64,000 bases of DNA from Dokdonella sp. (lineage in GTDB: Bacteria; Pseudomonadota; Gammaproteobacteria; Xanthomonadales; Rhodanobacteraceae): contig JBDTYM010000005.1 of NCBI GenBank assembly GCA_040005635.1, positions 5,477-69,476 of the forward strand, given 5' to 3'. Below are positions 57,769 to 64,000 of the stretch, one piece after another. Below the pieces are notes generated by a model, which ran no database searches, was not told where the DNA came from, and was given only the letters and a program-made list of their open reading frames with translations. The position numbers and the translations under genes are program-made. Positions within the stretch are counted from its first letter, which is position 1; each line of letters opens with the position of its first letter.

Positions 57769-58197
57769 CTAACCGGCGATATACCGCTGCAACTGCTCGA
57801 TCTGCGTGCTTTGCTCGGCCAGCATCGCCTTGACCAGGTCGCCGATCGAGACGACCCCGACGACCTTGCCGGCATCGACGACAGGAAGATGGCGCACGCG
57901 CTTTTCGGTGCATACGCGCATGCAGGTTTCGATGGTGTCTTCGGGCGCGACGGTGAGCACGGACATCGTCATGATGTCGCGCACTGGCGTGCCGCCAGAG
58001 GCGCGGCCTTTCAGGATGATCTTGCGTGCGTAGTCACGCTCGGAAACGATGCCGACGAGTTCATCGCCGCGCATGACCAGCAACGCGCCGATATAGCGAT
58101 CCGCCATGGTCTGGATCGCGGTGAGAACGGGCTCGTCCGGTCCGACGGTGTAAATCTGCCGACCTTTCTCCGCGAGTAGATGCTTTACCTGGAGCAT
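57769..58197 (-). CDS. CBS domain pair protein
   Basis: GIVSERDYARK, RHLPV, SIGDLVK. Confidence 0.92.
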   Translation of the reverse strand: MLQVKHLLAEKGRQIYTVGPDEPVLTAIQTMADRYIGALLVMRGDELVGIVSERDYARKIILKGRASGGTPVRDIMTMSVLTVAPEDTIETCMRVCTEKRVRHLPVVDAGKVVGVVSIGDLVKAMLAEQSTQIEQLQRYIAG

Positions 58198-58308
58198 GTG
58201 CACCTCCGGCTGGGACCGCGGCGATTGCCGCCTTGCACGAGTCTAGCGCCGTCAGGCGTGCGAGGCTCGCCGCCGCGCAGCAGATGCGTCGATGCGTCAG
58301 GGGCTGCC

Positions 58309-58336
58309 CCCCTCTTCCGAGCGTTCGGAAGAGGGG
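58309..58336. terminator. Hairpin downstream of the large secreted-protein gene (terminator or REP-like)
   Basis: CCCCTCTTCCGA-GCGT-TCGGAAGAGGGG; no clear U-tract. Confidence 0.4.
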
Positions 58337-58349
58337 CTTGTCGATGGCG

Positions 58350-61300
58350 CTACAGGCAATCGAATCCGTCCGCGAACAGCACTGGAATCAATGGCGACGT
58401 CGCGTTCGCCGTGTTGTTGGCGACGACCGGATCCGTCGTGTCGGACGTCACCGAGGCAGTGAACGCGACGGGATCGGCGCCACTGTAGTTGCGCGCAACG
58501 CAGGCGCTCGTTGTGACGGTCTCGCTGGCCCCCGCGGCGATGCTCGCGAACGCACACGGGAATCCAGTGCTGCAGTCACCGCCGTTCGCCTTGAACGTCA
58601 GTCCCGGCGGCAGGGTGCTCGTGAGCTGCACGTTGCTGGCCGCGGCCGGGCCGTTGTTGCTCACGCTGATCGTGTAGCCGAGCTGCATGCCGGGTTCGAC
58701 GCTGCGGGGTGGCGTGATCGTCACCGCAAGATCGGCATTGTCGCCGCCGCTGCCGACCGGTAATGGCCATGCCCAGGCCCCGCGCGAGCGCGTGAATGCG
58801 GCCAGCGTGGTGAAGCCGCGATCGATGCTGAGGCTCCAAACCATCACGTGCGGCAATCCTTCCATGCGTTGCCAAACCGGCGGGTTTGCGCTGATGTCGT
58901 CGGTGTAGTAGAGGCCCCAGTCCATGCCGACGAAGACCTGCTTCGGGATGTTCGGGTTCGCGATGACCGCGTTCGCCGGGATATCGGGCAAGTTACCGCT
59001 CTTGTCGACCCAGGTGAAGCCGGCGCACTGCGCGGTGCAGGTGACCTGGTAGACGTGACCCGGGGTCGTCGGTGTGTTCGCGCTGAAGCCGCCGACTGCG
59101 GCGTACCCGACCAGCGGATTCAGCGGGTCAGTGGCGACATCCATCATCGGCCGGTTCGGCAGCAGCGCATTGCTGTCGGTCACGTCGACTGCGGTCGCCG
59201 CGCCGCTCACGCCGAGCCCAAACACGTACTGCACGTTGCCGTCGTTGGTCGCGACCATCGCAACGGTCGGATCGCTGACCGAATAGTGGATCTGATTGAT
59301 GTAGGAGCGGTTGTCCGAGCCGAGCACCAGATTGTTCTTGGTCAGGTCAGCCGTCTTGGCCGACCACGAACTCGACGGACGGCCGCCCTGCGTGGATTCC
59401 CATACGCGCTGAGTGCCGAGAATGATGTGCTTGCAGCCGGCCGCCGTCGTGCAACCACTGCCGGGGGCGTCGAGGACGCCATAGCGATACAGGTCGAACG
59501 GGGTTAGGAAGCTTGCGCGATCGGTGCCGGAGAGATTGGGCGAGATGTCCTGTTGGCTTCCGAACGGTCCGTTCGTGCTGACGTAGATCGCAGCGTAGTA
59601 AATCGAGGTGTACCACCACTGGCCGAGTACTGGCTCGATGCGGGAAACGATGCCGTCACCGCCATTCGTAGAGGTCCAGGCGGCGGCGTCGGGTGTGCCC
59701 GAGAACACGACCGACGCGCTACCGTTGTCCTGGAATCCGGCGGTGGCGCCCGCGCTGGTCGATGTCGCGAAGTTCGCCGTGATGTCGCCGTGATACATCT
59801 CGATGGTCGGCAGTGTGTCGTTGAGCGCTGTCCAGTGCGCGTTCGAAAATGAAGTCGCCGTCAGTGCATTGTCGACGTAATAGATGCCGCCATCGTTTCC
59901 ATTGAGCACATGGTTGGGATCGGTCCCGACGACGGCGCGCGAATGGTTGTCCGGGTGCACCGGACCGCCGCTGTAGGCACCGGTCAGATTGACGTAGCTA
60001 GTCCCGCCGTTGCTGGAGCGGAACAGGTCGACGGTGCTCACGAACAGCACATTGGGGTCGGTCGGTGCGACGGTCAGACCGGCGTCGTACCACATTTGCG
60101 TACCCGGACCGCTCGGCGAGCCGGTCTGCGTCCAGGTGTCGCCTCCGTCGACAGTTTTCCAGACACCGAGGATGCCGTTTGTCGCAGGACTGGAGAACAT
60201 TGCGTACAACGTCATCGCGTCGCTCGGCGCTGCGGCGATCTCAAGACGGCCGCGCGTGTTGTTCGGCGCGCCGCTGCCGGTACCGGTCGGAAAACCGCTG
60301 TTGAGCAGGGTCCAGTCGGCCAGCGCGGGACAGCCGCTGACCGGCATCGTCGCGCGATACACGCCATTGGCGCCGTTGTTGACCAGGTCCGGCTGCACCG
60401 GGGTCGGCAGGCCGCGCGTGCCGACTGCTGCATACAGATAGGTCGTGCCGCTGCGATTGATCGCGACCAGGCCGGTGGTGTCCTGACGCTGCGGCGGAGT
60501 GGCGGTCGTGAAAGCATTCGTGTAGCAGGGGCCACTCCAATCGGTGCCCGCGTCATACGAGAAATAGACGCCGGTCTTGGTACCGACGATCACGTTGTTC
60601 GAGTTGTTCGGGTCGACGACGACCTTGCCTATCGCCTGATATTGCGGAAAACCGCCCGCGGATGGGCCATACAGCGGATTGAATACGTCCGCGCCGAGCA
60701 AGGTCCAGGTCTCGCCCCGATCGGTACTCTTCAGCAAGCCGGCGGCACCAAACGAAAACGAGCCATAGCGCAGGTCGCCAGTGCCCGCGTAGATCACGTC
60801 ATGATTGTTCGGATCCATGGTCAGGTCGCCGATCGCCATGCCGGCGAGTTCCGGAAAATCGGTCTTGACCTCCCAAGTCGTGGCCGCCGTACAGCAGTTG
60901 GTAGTCTTCCAGACACCCCCGCCATCGGAGCCAATCAAGGCGACGGTCGAATCATCCGGATCGCTCAGGATCACATTGGTACGACCGGCGTTGCTGCCGA
61001 TGCCGAAACCTTCGCCCTGAAGCGGCTTCGGGCCGAGCAGCGTGAACGCATTCGGATCGAGCTGGACTGCCTTGTCCGCGGATCTGGAATAGGTCTTGGT
61101 GCCAGACGGTACGGCGGAGGCGATGCGGCGATCCTGTACGGCTGAATCAAGCAGCCACCTCGGCTCGAAGCGCAGATGCTGCGGATCGCCGCCATAGCCG
61201 AGCCGAACCGCCCAGTAGTCGCCATCGACCGGTGGCCGCCCGGATTCGGCCTCTTCGTTTTCGCCGCGCAGGAACATCGGCTTGTTCAGTTCCAAGTGAT

Positions 61301-61367
61301 GCCAGTAGACGCCACCCGCCGTCAGCGCGACCACGGCCGCGCCGAACCATCCGATCAGCTTTCTCAT
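58350..61367 (-). CDS. Secreted BNR/VPS10-like beta-propeller protein with a DUF11-like domain
   Basis: Asp-box repeats (STDRGETW, TVDGGDTW), FTRSRGAW, ADLAVT..Y.I.VSNNGP..A; ends VLFADGFDCL. Confidence 0.87.
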   Translation of the reverse strand: MRKLIGWFGAAVVALTAGGVYWHHLELNKPMFLRGENEEAESGRPPVDGDYWAVRLGYGGDPQHLRFEPRWLLDSAVQDRRIASAVPSGTKTYSRSADKAVQLDPNAFTLLGPKPLQGEGFGIGSNAGRTNVILSDPDDSTVALIGSDGGGVWKTTNCCTAATTWEVKTDFPELAGMAIGDLTMDPNNHDVIYAGTGDLRYGSFSFGAAGLLKSTDRGETWTLLGADVFNPLYGPSAGGFPQYQAIGKVVVDPNNSNNVIVGTKTGVYFSYDAGTDWSGPCYTNAFTTATPPQRQDTTGLVAINRSGTTYLYAAVGTRGLPTPVQPDLVNNGANGVYRATMPVSGCPALADWTLLNSGFPTGTGSGAPNNTRGRLEIAAAPSDAMTLYAMFSSPATNGILGVWKTVDGGDTWTQTGSPSGPGTQMWYDAGLTVAPTDPNVLFVSTVDLFRSSNGGTSYVNLTGAYSGGPVHPDNHSRAVVGTDPNHVLNGNDGGIYYVDNALTATSFSNAHWTALNDTLPTIEMYHGDITANFATSTSAGATAGFQDNGSASVVFSGTPDAAAWTSTNGGDGIVSRIEPVLGQWWYTSIYYAAIYVSTNGPFGSQQDISPNLSGTDRASFLTPFDLYRYGVLDAPGSGCTTAAGCKHIILGTQRVWESTQGGRPSSSWSAKTADLTKNNLVLGSDNRSYINQIHYSVSDPTVAMVATNDGNVQYVFGLGVSGAATAVDVTDSNALLPNRPMMDVATDPLNPLVGYAAVGGFSANTPTTPGHVYQVTCTAQCAGFTWVDKSGNLPDIPANAVIANPNIPKQVFVGMDWGLYYTDDISANPPVWQRMEGLPHVMVWSLSIDRGFTTLAAFTRSRGAWAWPLPVGSGGDNADLAVTITPPRSVEPGMQLGYTISVSNNGPAAASNVQLTSTLPPGLTFKANGGDCSTGFPCAFASIAAGASETVTTSACVARNYSGADPVAFTASVTSDTTDPVVANNTANATSPLIPVLFADGFDCL

Positions 61368-61401
61368 GAACCCTTCCCGAAGTCGTGGGCGGACCGGTCG
61401 G

Positions 61402-62334
61402 TCAGCCCTGCGGCGGATAATACTCATCAACGAGATAGAGCGGGCGCTGCTTCGATTCGACATAGAGACGGCCGAGGTACTCGCCAATCACTCCGAGTGC
61501 CATCAGCTGGATGCCGCCGAGGAATAGCACGACGACCATCAGCGAGGGGTAACCGCGGACCGGATCGCCCAACCACAGCGCCTTGCCGAGCACCCATCCG
61601 CCAAACAGGAAAGCAACGAGGGCCGACAGCAAGCCGAAATAGGTCGCGACTTTCAGTGGCGCTCCCGAGAACGAAGTGATCCCGTCGATTGCAAAATTCC
61701 ACAATCGCCAGTAGTTCCACTTCGTCTCGCCAGCGTGGCGCGCGTCGCGGTTGTAGACCACCGACAGCTGGCGGAAGCCGACCCATGTGAACAGGCCCTT
61801 CATGAAACGCTGGCGTTCACGTACCTGTTTCAACGCATCCAACGCGCGCCGCGACAGCAGGCGGAAATCGCCGGTGTCGCGCGGGATCGGCGTCGCCGAC
61901 AGCCTTTCCATCACGCGGTAGAAGGTGGACGCGGTGAGCTTTTTGAATCCGGTCTCGCCGGCGCGGGAAGCGCGCGTGCCGTAGACGACGTCGTAGCCTT
62001 CGCGCCAATGCTGCACGAAGGTTGGAATGAGCTCCGGCGGATCCTGCAAGTCGGCGTCGATGACGATGGCTGCGCCGGCGTCGACATAGTCGAGGCCCGC
62101 GGTCAGTGCGAGTTCCTTGCCGAAGTTGCGCGACAGTTTCAATGTCGAAACGCGGGCATCCGCCGCGCGCAGTGAACACATCACCGCATAGGTGTCGTCG
62201 CGGCTGCCGTCATCGACGTAGAGCACATCCGACGCCACATCGAGTCCGTCGAGCACGGCCGCCAGGCGCGCGTGGAAATCGCGCAGCCCCTCGCTTTCGT
62301 TGTAGGCGGGCACGACGACGGTGAGTTTCGACAT
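61402..62334 (-). CDS. GT2 glycosyltransferase (GtrB-like bactoprenol glycosyltransferase)
   Basis: VVPAYNE, VDDGS.D, SRNFGKE, DADLQDPP, GEYLGR. Confidence 0.92.
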   Translation of the reverse strand: MSKLTVVVPAYNESEGLRDFHARLAAVLDGLDVASDVLYVDDGSRDDTYAVMCSLRAADARVSTLKLSRNFGKELALTAGLDYVDAGAAIVIDADLQDPPELIPTFVQHWREGYDVVYGTRASRAGETGFKKLTASTFYRVMERLSATPIPRDTGDFRLLSRRALDALKQVRERQRFMKGLFTWVGFRQLSVVYNRDARHAGETKWNYWRLWNFAIDGITSFSGAPLKVATYFGLLSALVAFLFGGWVLGKALWLGDPVRGYPSLMVVVLFLGGIQLMALGVIGEYLGRLYVESKQRPLYLVDEYYPPQG

Positions 62335-62418
62335 GGAGTACACCAGGGGCAGGGTGCGCGCATGCTAGCCGACCGGGGTGACGCGCGGAATCACGTCGTG
62401 CAATGACCACGTATCGGA

Positions 62419-63135
62419 TCAGTGCGGCAGATAGGTCGCGCCGCCGAGCTGAGTCGCCTGACGCTGGATCCACGCCGCCCGTCGCTGCACATACACCGAA
62501 GGGTGCTCGACCCGATAGCGTCCGGGATTCGGCAATACCGCCGCGAGCAGGGCCGCTTGACGCGCATCAAGCTCGGCCGGCGTGATGCGGAAATAGCGTT
62601 CGCTCGCCGCTGCGGCGCCATAGGTGCCGTCGCCGAATTCGGCGATATTGAGATAGACCTCGAGAATGCGCCGTTTCGGCCACAGCGTCTCGATCAGCAC
62701 TGTGAAATACGCTTCCGGGCCCTTGCGCACGAAGCTGCGTCCGTTCCACAGGAACAGATTCTTCGCGACCTGCTGACTGATCGTGCTGGCGCCCCGCAAG
62801 CGCTCGCCGTCCTCGGCTTCGGCCAGCGCACTCTGGATCGCGTCGAAATCGAAGCCATGATGGAGTGGGAATTTCTGGTCTTCCGCGGCGATCAGCGCAA
62901 TCGGCAGCGCCTTCGAGACGCGATCCCATGGCGTCCATCGATAGCGCAGAGCAAAGGCGTGCTCGCCGTCGAATTTGGCACCCAGCCAATCCTCCAGCAT
63001 CACGGCAGAAACCACTGGCGGCGCGAATCGCAGCAGCACCACCGCGCAGATGCTGAGGGCGAACCAGACGATCAGCGCGAGCAGCAACCAGCGCAGCCCG
63101 CGCCGTGCGATACCTCGAATGCCTGCCGGTTTCAA
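62419..63135 (-). CDS. mtgA: Monofunctional peptidoglycan transglycosylase
   Basis: AEDQKF..H.GFD, RGASTISQQVAKNLFLW, YLNIAEFG. Confidence 0.95.
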   Translation of the reverse strand: MKPAGIRGIARRGLRWLLLALIVWFALSICAVVLLRFAPPVVSAVMLEDWLGAKFDGEHAFALRYRWTPWDRVSKALPIALIAAEDQKFPLHHGFDFDAIQSALAEAEDGERLRGASTISQQVAKNLFLWNGRSFVRKGPEAYFTVLIETLWPKRRILEVYLNIAEFGDGTYGAAAASERYFRITPAELDARQAALLAAVLPNPGRYRVEHPSVYVQRRAAWIQRQATQLGGATYLPH

Positions 63136-63224
63136 TCGATGCGATCCCCAGAAACGACACCGGCGCGAAAATCCGCGCCGGTGTGTTGAAGCTTAGTCCG
63201 CGAAGGCGGACCGCGATAGCCGCA

Positions 63225-64000
63225 TCAATGGCACATGTAGTCGCCCGGGCCGGCAGCTCCGCTGATCTGCACCTGGTCGAGGAAGAAGCCGTCGAACGCG
63301 GTGCTGCCGTCGGAGGAGAAGCGCCAGCGGATCTGCACGGTCTGACCGACGTAACCGGCCAAGCTCGTTGCAAACGGCTTGAACACGGCGGTGGCGGTTC
63401 CATTGCCCGGGTCTGCATTTGAAGCCGCCGTACTGACGCCGTTGAATGCACCATGCGTCGCCGCATAGCCGCATGCGTTCACGGGTGGGTCCAGCGTCTG
63501 CGCGAACGAGCTCGGGTAGCCGCCGGTCGGTGGCAGATCGTTCCATGTCGTGCCGCCGTCGGTCGAAATCTCCTGGACAATGCCGTCCCACTGGAACTCG
63601 AGGTCGTACTTCGCCTTGAAGCTCAATGCAGCGCCGGTGGTGAGCGTCAGCGCAGGCGTGGTGATGCTGGCGCAGACGTTGTCGGCGTAGATCTGATCGT
63701 CAATCGCGTTGTGATAGCTGTAGGTGCCGGCCGATGCGGCGGTGTCGGTGACCTGCCAGGGCGACTGCATCGTCGCATAGCTGTGCGTATCGACGTCATC
63801 GACGTAGCTGCCCGGATCCGGACCGTCCACGCCGCTCGGCGTTGCATTGGCGGTGTCGGACGCGGGCGTCGAATTGCCGGTCCCATCGGTGGCCGTGACG
63901 CGATAGAAATACGGTGTCCCGTTGGTCACCGCGCTATCGGCATAGGTTGCTGCCGTCAGCGCAGCCGCCAGCGTTTGCGGATTGCCGAAGTACGGATCGG
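63225..64000 (-). CDS. C-terminal part of a large secreted protein (FN3 + jelly-roll domain); start lies beyond the window
   Basis: Frame is open to the window edge (DPYFGNPQTLAAALTAATYADSAVTNG..YFYRVTATD); VQIRWRFSSD...GFFLD. Confidence 0.85.
   Translation of the reverse strand, partial: DPYFGNPQTLAAALTAATYADSAVTNGTPYFYRVTATDGTGNSTPASDTANATPSGVDGPDPGSYVDDVDTHSYATMQSPWQVTDTAASAGTYSYHNAIDDQIYADNVCASITTPALTLTTGAALSFKAKYDLEFQWDGIVQEISTDGGTTWNDLPPTGGYPSSFAQTLDPPVNACGYAATHGAFNGVSTAASNADPGNGTATAVFKPFATSLAGYVGQTVQIRWRFSSDGSTAFDGFFLDQVQISGAAGPGDYMCH

Noticed and set aside
61402-62334. GtrB-like gene as a prophage serotype-conversion cassette
   Set aside because: No gtrA/gtrC or phage genes; it sits next to the housekeeping gene mtgA.

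Overview
High-GC chromosomal window whose gene set and order look like a Xanthomonadales (Lysobacterales) bacterium, probably Rhodanobacteraceae/Dokdonella-like (inference). It is mostly housekeeping: the start of cysJ with a cysteine-dioxygenase/flavoprotein pair, mscL, a MacAB-like ABC exporter, thiS-thiG-trmB, tRNA-Gly(CCC), rimK, a ColRS-like two-component system, ilvE, methyl-cycle genes (metK, SAH riboswitch-ahcY, metF), a 2-oxoacid dehydrogenase operon, kynA, a MarR-hppD-hmgA-FAH-maiA tyrosine catabolic cluster interrupted by a vapBC-like TA module, and mtgA. I saw no transposase, integrase, prophage or CRISPR array. Main leads: (1) two tandem small secreted Cys-loop paralogues, blaI and a BlaR1(M56)-TonB_C sensor, where the paralogues and the sensor tail all carry a Cys-flanked TonB-box-like GS[HN][IV] motif; (2) a portable [IL]FxDGF[ED] tag shared by three unrelated large secreted proteins, once apparently inserted into a domain loop; (3) a candidate sRNA with a C-rich loop upstream of the ColR-like regulator. 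All product calls come from motif recognition only; no searches were run.
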